Source of the DNA: Octopus vulgaris
Taxonomy: Eukaryota
DNA length: 64,000 bases
Assembly (NCBI GenBank): GCA_951406725.2
Contig: OX597826.1
Location: 77,872,001 to 77,936,000, forward strand
Direction: 5' to 3'
Both the position numbers and the translations under genes were made by a program. Shown here one piece after another: positions 1-13,079 of the stretch. The notes beneath the pieces are model-generated. The model did not search any database. It was not told the DNA's origin and worked only from the letters and a program-made list of their open reading frames with translations. How positions within the stretch are numbered: position 1 is the first letter of the stretch; every line of letters starts with the position of its first letter.

Positions 1-70
1 AAGTTACAGAGTCCAGTGTAAAAGCAGAGGATCGGTAAAATAAAAAAATGAATAAAAGAAATACCTTGCC

Positions 71-350
<280 letters not shown>

Positions 351-582
351 GAAAAACTATAGGAAATAATAATGGTTAGTGATGGATAAAAATGTAGATA
401 ATGGAGACGATAGCGATAGTGGTTTTGGTATCAACGGTCGCCTCGGTGGCGGCGGTGGTGGTGGCAATGGCGGTGGTGGCAACGGCGGTGTTGGCGGCGG
501 CCATTGTGGTGATTTTTTTTTACTGCTACACCTGATATTAGCCGGGGTAATGATAATATTTATCCCTTTCTTTTACTTGTTT

Positions 583-615
<33 letters not shown>

Positions 616-799
616 GCATGTATGAATGTATGTATGTATGTATGTATGTATGTATGTATGTATGTATGTATGTATGTATGTATGTATGTATGTATGCATA
701 CATGTATTGTGTGTGTGTGTGTGTGTAAGTCTTTGTCTTTGATTAGAGCACCAGTCTAGTCAAGGTTCTGTATAATCTGATGATATTGCGGTGGTAACA

Positions 800-937
800 A
801 TCATGCTTTTTACAATTGTCATCATCGTCGCTGCCGTCATCATCTTCATGAACATCATCATCGCCGTCATCATGGTCATCATCGACATCATTGTCATCAC
901 CAGCAACCAGTGCCATCACCAACACCGCCATCACCGC

Positions 938-979
<42 letters not shown>

Positions 980-1095
980 AATCATTACCACCACCACTGC
1001 CATCATCATCATCATCGTCGTCGTGGTCGTCATCATGATCGTCATAGAGGTCGCTGTTGGGATCGTCGTACCTTGCATTATCACCTTCATCAATT
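800..1095. repeat. Degenerate (CAT)n/(CAC)n trinucleotide repeat
   Basis: Runs of catcatcat with cac/cgt variants; source of the poly-H/I/M ORFs. Confidence 0.92.
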
Positions 1096-1214
1096 ATGTA
1101 TGTTTCTAAGTTTGTATGTTTCTATCTCCGCATGCGTACAAAGGTGTGTATGCATGTAGATATGTATGCCTGTATATATGGTTTCTCCATTTTTTTGCCT
1201 TTTGTTTACATATA

Positions 1215-1279
<65 letters not shown>

Positions 1280-1589
1280 GCATATATGTATATGTGTATG
1301 TAGGCAAGCATGTGTGTATTTATATTCGCCTCTCTGACTGATTAGAATAAATCTAGCACTATTATTGGATGCAACCGCTAAGTAGATAATGGTTTTATTT
1401 ATAAAAGTATGTCTGACCTCAGACTTGTCGTATACTAATAAGTTGTTGCGTCTGGATGGAAACAAAGAAGTCCGTAGCTACTGACCGTTGGCGATTTGTG
1501 TGTCAAATGCTTAGAAACGCACATATACAGTGAGAATATATGTACACTGATATATATATATACACCATAGATATTACGAAAACAAGGCA

Positions 1590-1785
1590 ATGTGTGAATT
1601 TCTGTGTTGTCGTGCGGCTTGCTAGACAAAACAGCATAATCTTCCTCAAATCAAAACATGTCGAATTGGGGAAACGAATAGGGGCATTAGGTGATATGGC
1701 ATGATGGCCACTGTTGGAACATCACTGATCGTATGCTTGTTATGTCATGCTGAAACCGACTAAAAAGTCAGCGACACATGGTAGC
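1590..1785 (+). mobile_element. Family C short interspersed repeat, degenerate copy
   Basis: cttgctagacaaaacagcataatcttcctcaaatc ... catgatggccactgttggaacatc...gatcgtatg matches the copies at 3071-3975. Confidence 0.55.
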
Positions 1786-2246
1786 ATATATTTGTACTAA
1801 CCACACAATTATTGAGGCCTAATGCACTCTTATTTGTCGCTTACGCATTCAATGGATCCATCCATCCATCCATCCATCCATCCATCCATCCCTCCCTCCA
1901 TTCTTATTCTCTGCCCATTATTCTGTGGAAATTGTAAGCGTAGAATCCGCAGCAATCTTCTCCACAGAGTCCCACCGGAAGCGCCATTACACTTTCCGGT
2001 TGAATTCCCAAGTGTGACCAACTGAGACAATGGACAGTAGCCAATCGTCTCGTCCCTGGACAAATTCTCGGTCTCTTAGTGGATGGTTCAGCTTGAAGAA
2101 TTGGCCATTCTTCGACATTTTAGTTGGCCATTCTCCGACATTTTAATCACATGATTGTAGTATCGGAGTTGTGACCTCTAAATGCAGAGAAGTAGCAGCT
2201 CCACATTGAGCGATCTCCGAGATACTCAGCCGTCGAGTAAATAATA

Positions 2247-2804
2247 CGAGGTCTGATCAAAAAGCATCGGGACAGTTGCTATAGTAACGGAACTAAAGTA
2301 CGCCGTGTGAACCCGTTTAGCACAGATTGACCTTGAAATCTGTCTCGCATGCACGCTAAGTTATAACGCTCTCGCTCACATCAATTGTTTGCAGCAGTGC
2401 TTTGAAGTAAAGCGTGTAGAGTGTGGTCGCTTGAAAAACACGATGGGGATTCAACTGTGCAAGATCTCCTTGATTGAGTCGAGGATGTCGAAAACTTTGA
2501 AAACGGTCATAACAGATGATGGATCTTAGGTCCATGGCTATGACCGCAAAACCAGGGCAAAAATCAAGCCCCACCTGAATGAAACAAGATGTCAAAACAC
2601 CGAGGAAATCCAAGAGAATGCGACGAGGTACCTGTTCGCTTTCCCCCAAAACGAGTTCCAGGAACGCTTCTATCAAAGAAAATGAGGCCGGTTAAAGTGC
2701 TTAGCTTCAGAAGGAGACGACTTCGGAGGAGATTAAAAGCCAAATTGATGTGTTGTAGTTTTCTTTTTATAACACCAATCACGATATTTTTTAATCAGAC
2801 TTCA
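2247..2804 (+). mobile_element. Internally deleted mariner (Tc1/mariner) transposon
   Basis: Imperfect TIRs cgaggtctgatcaaaaagcatcggga / tcacgatattttttaatcagacttca, each flanked by TA. Remnant peptides KTVITDDGS*VHGYDRKTR (the VITGDETWVYGYD motif) and C-terminal KCLASEGDDFGGD* (the KC...GDYFEGD motif). Confidence 0.85.
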
Positions 2805-3070
2805 TAATAGAATTAGGAAAAAAAAAACCCAAAAAAACAAAAAATAACAACAAAACAAAACATTATTGCACTTATTCGAAGTCTGCATTATTATTACACA
2901 AAAACATTAATGTGAACTCAGCTCCTTCCAATTAGCAATTAAGCTACAAAGAGTAGTTTCTCACTAAAACACTACGCCAGAAGATCAGAAGAGAACGCAT
3001 CCTCATTGCCACCAATATTTCAACCATACGCAGTGAAAGGAAAAAAAACAAGACAAAAAGAAAAAAACAC

Positions 3071-3638
3071 AGAGCTGAGACGAGAGAGCCGCTTCGTGAT
3101 CACTCAGCTTGCTAGAAATAATAGTCAAAATCCCATCAACCCAAAACTTACCATCTTAAAAGGGCAAATCTAAGATGCCCTGAGTAGTGTTATCCCAGAT
3201 ATTTAATATAAGGGGCAAAGACAGGATAGTCATGTATGGAAATCCTTTGACCATAGATCGTACATAAATGAGTCATCGGCTGCTTAAGGATCCGTTCACT
3301 CTTTCTTTAAATACGTCAAACAACGAAGAGCCTATGCATAGTCGCTCGACCTGCTAGAAATGACAGCTAAATGTCCTTCATATCACACACATGCTGTCTT
3401 CAACAATGGAAGCACATTGAATAATGTAGTCCTAGAAGCACCATGCCCGATGACCTTTCTTATTCTGATGCAAGGCCAGCAATTTTGAGGGGAGGGGAAG
3501 TGGAATGCATCGAACCTAACGTTGAATCAGTACTTGTCTTATCGATCTTTAAACGATGAAAGGCTAAGCTGACCTCTGGGACATTTCAGATCAGAACGTA
3601 AAGACGGGTGAGATGGCGCTCAGGATTTTCTATAGCGC

Positions 3639-3690
<52 letters not shown>

Positions 3691-3975
3691 TTTGTTTGTT
3701 ATCGATCTGCTGGTTCAGTGATGATCTGAGGTTAAAAAATCAAGAACCATGACCACGGAACAACGTGGTAATTTCTGTGTAGTTACTTGATCTGCCAGTA
3801 ATAGCAACCAAATCTAATTCATTTCAACTCGTTAACGCATTAAGAAAGGGAAGGACACGTAGGATGATGTAGCACGAGATTAATCATGGTTTAAGTAAGA
3901 AGGAGAAGAAAAAAAGGAAGACTTGATCAGATCAAGCTTGGTCAAAGCTGAATTGTGTAACAACAGCAACAAAAC
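3071..3975 (+). mobile_element. Three head-to-tail family C repeats (about 3071-3290, 3315-3750 interrupted, 3755-3975)
   Basis: Each copy has the block ~aacgagRgagcc..cgtggtcRctcgRcYtgctagaaatagcagcYaaatctccYtc, then ggacacattggataatgtag-like and gatcataggtc-like blocks; the last copy ends in an (AAC)-rich tail. Confidence 0.7.
3468..3645 (-). mobile_element. SINE family A copy nested in family C
   Basis: Degenerate reverse complement of the 63234 copy (atgaaaggc..ag.tgacc..., cagaacgtaaagacgg). Confidence 0.75.
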
Positions 3976-4062
3976 CACGGTCAAAGAGCAACCTGTTTCT
4001 AATTTATTTAGCGAACCAATGAAGTGATTTCGTTTACTATACATACATACATACATACATAA

Positions 4063-4183
<121 letters not shown>

Positions 4184-5072
4184 CATATATATATGAGATG
4201 ATCTTTCTCACAACTTATAAATATACTTTCATTCTTATATTCGTAGAGTACTTTCGCGTATATAATGCATAAAACTAACGTAATGTTATAGAAATATGGG
4301 AAATTTTATAAAAATAATGCGAAGTCTTGGATTTAGTTTCGTTAATTCTGCGGAATCAAGCGACTGTTCTTCAACAGCAAGGTGCACAAAGGTAGATATA
4401 ATTGTGTGGTAATGTAAATGTGTGTATTTATGAATAATTGAATATGTATAGAGGATCTGGAGAGAGGGAAGATCAAGTTCAATGGAAATTAAGAAACAGT
4501 AACAGAGAGAGAAAAATAGAGAGAGAGAGAGAAAGAGAGAGGGAGAGAAAGAGGAGGAGAAGAGAGAGAGAGAGAAACAAGAAAATAATGGTGAGAGAGA
4601 GATACTTGGAAGCTCGGCTATATTACTTCGTAATAATGCTTATTATTAGTGTATACATACATTCATATATATATATATATATATATAAATATATATATAT
4701 AAATATATATATATATTATATATATATAAATATATATATATACATACAAACATACATACACACATACATAGAAACATACATATATACATGTATACATACA
4801 TTCATAAATACATTTATATATATATATGAATACATACATATATATATATATAGATAGATATATATATATATATGTGTATGTATAAATACATATAAATACA
4901 CACATATATATACATAAATGTATCTAGATATATACATACACACACACACACACACACGCAAACACACACACATATATATATATAATTATGTATGTATATA
5001 TATTGTATGTGTGGTGTGTGTATATATATATGCATGCATGTACATATTTACATAACCATATATATGTATAAG

Positions 5073-5137
<65 letters not shown>

Positions 5138-5527
5138 GTATATGTATATATATATATGTTGTGTGTGGGAGGGCAAGAACAAATGTGCCTATCTATATAC
5201 GGAGTTAATGCAATTGATGTGCTTCTGATATAGGACACAAAAGACATGAATTTAGCACTCTGTTGCACATTTGTATACGATCACGGAACTGGCTTTGCAA
5301 TTATGTTATTGTATTGTATTACATTTGTGAAACTAAATGTAACACGTTGTGTATGGCTTAGAAGCGTAATGAGGAGATGGATAGAACGGAGAGAGGTTGG
5401 TAGGTTGGTAGGTTGGTAGGTTGGTAGGTTGGCTGGTGGGTAAGCTAAGCCATCTTGGTAGACACATAAGTGGATAGTTGAACATCTATCTATCTATCTG
5501 TCTATCTATCTATCTATCTATCTATCC

Positions 5528-5576
<49 letters not shown>

Positions 5577-5580
5577 CCCG

Positions 5581-5663
<83 letters not shown>

Positions 5664-6057
5664 ATCTAAGTATCTATTTATCTATCTACATTTTGACCTA
5701 CCATATATATGATATAGATGCAGATTTTAGATATAGATTTAGATGTAGATATATATACACACACACACATATAGGCAGCCAATACATGTTTCAGCCAATA
5801 TCTGTTTACTCACTCTTGTTCATAGCTTGTTTGCTTCGAGATACACTTTTTCAAAATTGGATTTATTCCATGTTCTCTCGAAGTATGTTACACACACACA
5901 CGCGTACACAAACAAACATATTTATATATATACATTATGCGTGTATATATGTATGTATGTATGCATGTATGTATGTATGTATGTATGTATGTATGCATGT
6001 ATGTATGTATGTATGTTTGTATGTATGCATGTATGTATGTATGTATGTGTGTATGTA

Positions 6058-6122
<65 letters not shown>

Positions 6123-6159
6123 ACACAATATAATATAATATTGCATTTGTCGCTCCGCT

Positions 6160-6368
6160 GGCGAGCTAGTAGAAACGTTAACTCGCATGACAAAATGCCT
6201 AGCTGTATTTCGTCCGCCCTTACATACTAGGTACAAATCCCACCGAACTCGACTTTTCTTTTTAGCCACTCGTGGCCGATCAAATAAGTACCAGTTGAGC
6301 ACTGGCGTCGATGTAATCGACTTAGCTTCTTCCTCGAAAATGCTGGTCTTGCGCCAAAATTTGAAACC
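6160..6368 (+). mobile_element. SINE family A (tRNA-derived head, Meta-like central domain)
   Basis: ggcgagctagtagaaacgtta head; aataagtaccagttgagcactggcgtcgatgtaatcgactt core; ...gccaaaatttgaaacc tail. Confidence 0.85.
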
Positions 6369-7230
6369 CTCACCTGAGTCCCGAATCGAATGTGTCGCAG
6401 TATTAGTTATAACAGTTTGTGCTCTGAGATGGAATCTACTCGTGCTTCTTTAACCATTACATATTAGATAAAAGTCACCTCGATGATAGGAAGTTTTAAC
6501 ATCGTGCGATAACACTATATGGGCATAGCAGAAGGCAAATCTAAACATAGATACTACAGTCGTACATTTTCCTTCAGAAATATACAATAGAGGGATGCAA
6601 TAAATTGATTCAGTTACATCCAGTATTTGGAAAAAATATGCTACTGCTTTTGGCATAAGTGACAGTTCTGCTACGTGCTTGAAGATGAGGCATAATTTAA
6701 GGTAGTGTCATTCCCTAAAACTTTTATAAATCTGCAGAATTTTAAATGTCACATTAAAATTCGTCACCAAATACCGCTACGTCAACAAATACCGCTCGAA
6801 ACTGAAATATTACACTAACAGCTGACTAAATAGATCATTATTTAATTATTTTACATAAATAATCTCACTCTCTCAATTTTTCTCCTCACTTTTGACAGAG
6901 ACTGCTAATTCATAATAATTTTAAATTCTCTGACGCTCTTTTAACTAGATTCACATACAATAGGTTATGTCGTCTGCACATTCAAAAACTCAGTATCGTA
7001 AACTCTTCATAAATATAAACAGTATGTTAACCGCCTAATTTCAGAAGAATTTTCAGTTTGTTGCCTGGTAATTGTCTGTCAAAAGATGAACCTGGTATTT
7101 CGACTAATTATATATTACTATAACATTTGCTCATTCACTCTCTCCCCTCTCTCTTCCCCTCTCCCCCCTCTCTCTCTCTATATATATATACATACATACA
7201 AACATAATGCATACACGTATATTAGTATAC

Positions 7231-7282
<52 letters not shown>

Positions 7283-7356
7283 TCCTATACACATACCTAC
7301 TCGCACACATCTGAGTGTGTGCATGTATGCCTGCGTATTATATATATATATTTATG

Positions 7357-7393
<37 letters not shown>

Positions 7394-7614
7394 GGGGTGA
7401 GAATTGCCAAATAGTTGGATAGATTGATAGATTTTTTAATTCCTAATAGACATAAGCGTTATAAATGGTTCTAATATTTGTTGAAATCTTTCTCAACGCT
7501 AAGCCATGAATAATATTTATTATTGCGAGCGGAAAGGGTTAACTATATAGCTCCATGTGATTCAAAATACACACGCAGTTACTCATATGAGCGCACACAT
7601 ACATGCACCCCTGC

Positions 7615-7679
<65 letters not shown>

Positions 7680-8249
7680 TATTTATATATACAATAAGGG
7701 TATATAAATATATATATGTGTGTGTGCATCACCACGCAAACACACAGATATAGATATGTGTGTGTATGGTTATTTGCTGGTATAAATCTTGAGCGTTTTT
7801 CAAGATTTGTGGAATGAGTCAGAAGAATATTACAGATATTGCAGTAAATGCTTTTCTTCTTTTTTTCCTTTTTTTTTTGCTTCTTACAACCGCATCTGTC
7901 CGCTAAGTTAATCCGAACGAAATGAAAATGCGAATCCTCCGATCCTCTGTTTAATATGTGTGCGTATGCGTGCGCGCATGCACACCTGCACCCACTACAC
8001 CGGCACTTACGCACACGCACACACGTACACACACGCGCACACACATGTGTATTCTCATCCAAGATGGAGATGAATACCAATGTTCTCATTTGGCAGGTTT
8101 CATAATTGTTGAGAGACTCCTCACAACAGGAAACCACTGGTAGCCTTTTTGATACATAAATAAAGAATATTTATCCACTAATACAGTGTTGAGTACTCAC
8201 TGTCACTGTTTGATATTAGCATATTATATCTGTGTGTGTGTGTGTGTGT

Positions 8250-8348
<99 letters not shown>

Positions 8349-8599
8349 AAGGACATACACACACATATATTATAAATTACGATTCCCCAGACACCTAGAC
8401 GTATGTATGCATGTTTATTTATATACCTATATACACTCGCAGTCACCCACACACCCATATGTATTCTCATCCAATATGGAGATGAGTGCCGATGTTGGAT
8501 CTGGTCTAGGAGGAACAAAGGCCAACTTCACAAGGCTTAATTTGCCCAAATTAAACGGGTACTTAGCCCTGCTCAGGGTCGCAGCATCGGGGGCATTTG

Positions 8600-8772
8600 T
8601 AAAATTTGTCAACCAGGATTTTGGGCCACAAGCAGACACATTATCATGAATGCTGGGACATTAGGGCCAACTGCCGGATGTGGTTAGCATTTGCAAGGGA
8701 CGTGGTGAACTCATTGGTTGGCGCGACTCAACTCATCCCAGGTGAATGCCGCCGCAAGTACAAGCACGTAAG
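8600..8772 (+). mobile_element. RTE-clade LINE 3' end fragment
   Basis: WLAFARDVVNSLVG followed by ccaggtgaatgccgccgcaagtacaag resembles the C-terminus and tail of RTE (SR2-like) elements; recognition from memory only. Confidence 0.45.
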
Positions 8773-8820
8773 TATATATAAGCACATGTACACACACATA
8801 CACACACACACACACGCACG

Positions 8821-8851
<31 letters not shown>

Positions 8852-9302
8852 ACACATACATGCACACACACACACACACACACACACATGCACACACACA
8901 TACACACACACATACATTCACGTGGCTTTGATCTTTGGTTTGCTCGGTCAGTTTTTGTCTGCGATTAATCAAAATCCGAAAGTGCATTCTGCACCTTCGC
9001 CGTTTTTGCACTCTAAGAAATACAGTGAACTCTATTGATTGACCTGTTCGATTTCTCATTGATATCTAAATATTTGATGAAGCTATTGTTCAACGATATA
9101 TATTTATTAACAAACAAAAAACAAAACAAAAACAAATCAGCTCAATCTGGGCCGCCCATCAGATGTACACATATGCGTGTGTGTATAACGGTATGTATGT
9201 GTACTATATATATGTGTGCGTGTGTATATGTGTGTGTATTCTTATATCTACGCATACATATACACACGACAACTGATTTACGTACACACACACGCATACA
9301 CA

Positions 9303-9353
<51 letters not shown>

Positions 9354-10131
9354 TAATCAACATGGCAGAAAATCAGTTGGTGCCAAATTCCCTCAGTTTG
9401 TATAATTTATTTTGATCCAAAAATAAACAAAACAAATTGAATGTTAGTTGTCTTACAAAGGTACACCAGAGAGTCTGAGGTATGCAAATAGCAGGATCAG
9501 TTCGCAAAGTAGAATAGATTATTGTGTTTTTAATAAAAATAACAAAAAAAAGTGATTTATATTCTGGGTAGAACTTTCCATTAGTGAAACAGATAAAATC
9601 TCTATCAATAAACATCTCCCTCTCTCTCCCTCCCCCCTCTCTCCCTCTCTCTCTCTGACAAACCTTTAGAGTTCTCTCGTACATTAAAGTAATTTATTCC
9701 CCTTGGCCAAGATTTTGTCGATTTTTGCGTGTGTTTAGGTGGACTTGTGCCGTTAAGAAATTCGAATCGCACCCGTTTGGTTGGAGATTTGAGTGTAATA
9801 TACGAAACGCTGAAATAGGAATGTGTTCGATGAATTTGACCAATGGTTATACTATTGACCTTTCTGAAGGATAAAAGCCAAATTCGACCTCAGTCAGATT
9901 CGAACACAAAGCGTGAAGGATCGCGTTGTGCAAGACAGTATAAACCAATTCTACAAAAGAAAATGACAGAAGGAAATGTTACGATTACGATATCCTCTTG
10001 AACCCCAAAAGATCTGAAGAATTTGGACGACTCTCTTGAACAGTTCTGTTACAATGGTTCGTTTGTACTGGTTACAATAGTGTCAGTTCGTGTTCTTATA
10101 CATAGCAAAATGTTTAACTTTTTACTATTTA

Positions 10132-10325
10132 CGTCTTATTTGTCTCAGTTAATGGTCTGCGGCCATGCTGGGGCATCGCTTTGAAGTATTTAATCGATCA
10201 AATCGATCCCGGTATATACTTTCAAGTGGTTTTTATTTTATCGGGTTCTTTTGTCAAAACACTTAGTTACGGAGACGTCAACGAATCAACTCCAATTATC
10301 AAGTGGTGGGTGGTTCGATAAACCC
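10132..10325 (-). mobile_element. SINE family B, 3' half
   Basis: ctgcggccatgctgggg...aaatcgatcccgg...ttacggagacgt matches other family B copies. Confidence 0.75.
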
Positions 10326-10336
10326 GTATACAAGCA

Positions 10337-10394
<58 letters not shown>

Positions 10395-10438
10395 TAAAGA
10401 CAGATAAACTGATACATACACACACATATATTTATGTA

Positions 10439-11260
10439 CGGCCTGCATTCAAAAAGTATCTGATTATTTTTCCCGCCAAAACTAATGCTATGTCAGTTCC
10501 CTGCTGGTATACATTTAGTACACACGTGTAGTACGCGTCCGTCAGATTTTCGTTTTCACCGAACGCATCGACCAGAGATATTGCTTCACATTTTATCAAA
10601 AGCTTGGCGATTTACAAGCTCAAAACTCTCAAAGGATTCAGTAGGCCTTTGGTGATGATGCCATGGGCAAATTTCAAATCAAGGAGGGATAAAACCGCTT
10701 CAGACATGATACATCTTCAGTGGAGAGCGAGACAGGCCCAGGCAAGCCATCCACAAGCCTAAACAAAGAGCTGATTGAGGAAGTTCAGCGAATGATCATG
10801 GAAGACCGTCGTGTAATAATCCAGGTAATAACTCACGAAGTGGGAATAAGCACAGGGTCAGGGCATTCCGTTTTAACGGAGGATTCATGCATGCGGAGAG
10901 TGTTGGCGAACTTCGTCTCCAAAGTGCTAGCAGAGCAGCAGAAGCAGTTCCGTATGGAAATCGCGAGACATTATATTATGCAAACCACAACACAGACTCG
11001 ACGAGGACCGTCATCACGGCTTTATGGTATCTGCTCGATGCATTTCGTCACCTTGCGGGAAAACGAAGATCCAAAGAGCGCGCACTACACGTCTATACTC
11101 TAGGCGTAACAGCCGAGTACTTAAGCATGCGCAGAAAGGGCGGAGAATTTTCACGCATTCGCAGGAAGGGTGATGGCACCTTCCACCCAGAGAATTTTTC
11201 CCACGTGCCATTAGTTTTGGTGGTAAAAAATTAAATCGGATACTTCTTGAACGCACCTAG
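10439..11260 (+). mobile_element. Mariner-derived non-autonomous element with transposase N-terminus
   Basis: TA-flanked TIRs (cggcctgcattcaaaaagtatctgatt / aatcggatacttcttgaacgcacctag). Peptide AFGDDAMG...SVESETGPGKPSTS...EDRRVIIQVITHEVGISTGS...MRRVLANFVSKVL corresponds to the mariner HTH and WVPxxL region, with stops. Confidence 0.9.
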
Positions 11261-11263
11261 TAC

Positions 11264-11344
<81 letters not shown>

Positions 11345-12137
11345 AGTCTATCTATATATTTATCTCTGTCTCTCTGCACCCCCCTCTCATTCTCTCTCTC
11401 TCTGTTTATATACGGCGAGATTCCAAACATTTTCCGCCTTCCAAATACACCCGGAAGGCATTAGTCAATCCGGGGCTACAGGCAAAAGTGGGGTAAGAAC
11501 GGCAACAGGGTGGAACAGGTTGCGTTGTTGAAGCATTTTTCAGACATTAGTTACTTGAAGAAAGCAAAAATAGCTACAAATAAGCTATCAAAGCTTTTAT
11601 CATCGATCTGATTTGGATTCGTGTCTGTAGATTACGCTCTGTGTATGTGTGTATGCGTGTGTGTGTGTGTGTTGGCATGTCAGTGATATGGTTTTACTAT
11701 AATCGCTCTCTTCCAATCGATTAGCTGATTTTCAATAATAAGATTACCATTACATGCTCTAACAAGAGATTATCGCTACTCGGAGGAATTATCGCAATTA
11801 ATTCTCGGTAGGAATTATTCTCAACCTAAAACCTCGCCAGATTTCTTCTAACACAGCACTGACCCACGCCAACCCGCTTTTGATGCTGCCGCAGGCAATA
11901 CCTATTTTAAGTTACCACAACTTACGATTTTTCTCTGAATATCCGTGATGGCAAAATAAATTAATTTCATACTATCAGCTTAGGAGAATATCATAGAGGA
12001 AAAATCTCTGTAATGGCCAACGGAATAGAGGCAATCTACCCTTGTAGATTTAATAAAAGGATCACATTGAAATGCTGAGAAAGGTACTGAATGTGACACG
12101 TGCCTGAAGTTATTGACGCTAGTACCATCAAGATATT

Positions 12138-12643
12138 CTTTTCTATTCCAAGTACAAGGCTCGAAATTTGGGGCTGAAGGCCAGTCGATTAGATCGACCC
12201 CAGTACGCAACTTGTACCACTAAGATATTTATTTCTTTATTGCCCACAGGGGGCTAAACATAGAGGTGACAAACAAGGACAGACAAAGGGATTAAGTCGA
12301 TTGCATTGATCCCAGTGTATAACTGGTACTTATTTAATTGACCCCGAAAGAATGACAGGCAAAGTCGACATTGGCGGAACTTGAACTCCGAACGTAACGG
12401 CAAATAAAACACCTATTTCGTTACTACCCACAAGGGGTTAAACACAGAAGGGACAAACAAGGACAGAAAACGGATTAAGTCGATTATATGGACCCCAGTG
12501 CGTAACTGGTACTTATTTAATCGACCCCAAAAGGATGAAAGGCAAAGTCGACCTCGGCGGAATTTGAACTCAGAACATAGTGGCAAATGAAATACCGCTA
12601 AGCATTTCGCCCGGCGTGCTGACGATTCTGCCAGCTCGCCGCC
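12138..12643 (-). mobile_element. SINE family A: tail fragment (12138-12212) plus dimeric copy (12230-12643)
   Basis: Close reverse complement of 63234-63630. Head ggcggcgagctggcagaatcgtcagcacgccgggcgaaatgcttagcgg; B-box-like gagttcaaattcc. Confidence 0.92.
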
Positions 12644-12719
12644 CTGTACCACCAAAATATTGACACTTCTACATATATCTCAATGTATAATATTGTATTT
12701 ACGACTAGCGACATTGAAA

Positions 12720-12895
12720 CCTACGAAACAGCCTCAACGTTGTCACCGAAACTATTAAGAATATCAGCCAAATGTCCTTCAAGTAACACTCTGATGTTTT
12801 AAAATACGAAACGAAATACCGGATAATGTAGTTGTAGACTGTTCGCGATTGAAACAACGTCTGTCTAGGTTGTGGTTAAACAACACTATTATTAT
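12720..12895 (+). mobile_element. Family C repeat, degenerate
   Basis: agcctcaacgttgtc...tatcagccaaatgtccttc...ggataatgtagt...gttaaacaacac. Confidence 0.55.
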
Positions 12896-13079
12896 TATTA
12901 TTTTGGTTTGGCTCAGGTTCGGTTTTATTCCTGGTAAGATTTATGTGGGTAGCGGGTAGGACGCCCGGATCACATAAAACTGTTTGATTTTCTTTTTCGC
13001 ACGCCTTTATGGGGCATAAATTTGAGAAGAAAACCTTCAAAATTTTTTTGAGAATATTCACCCCACCAAAAAAACCCCC

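Noticed and set aside
379-759. Gly-rich 126-aa ORF with a hydrophobic stretch
   Set aside because: Built from GGT/GGC triplets and runs into (CA)n/(TATG)n; no recognisable domain or splice support.
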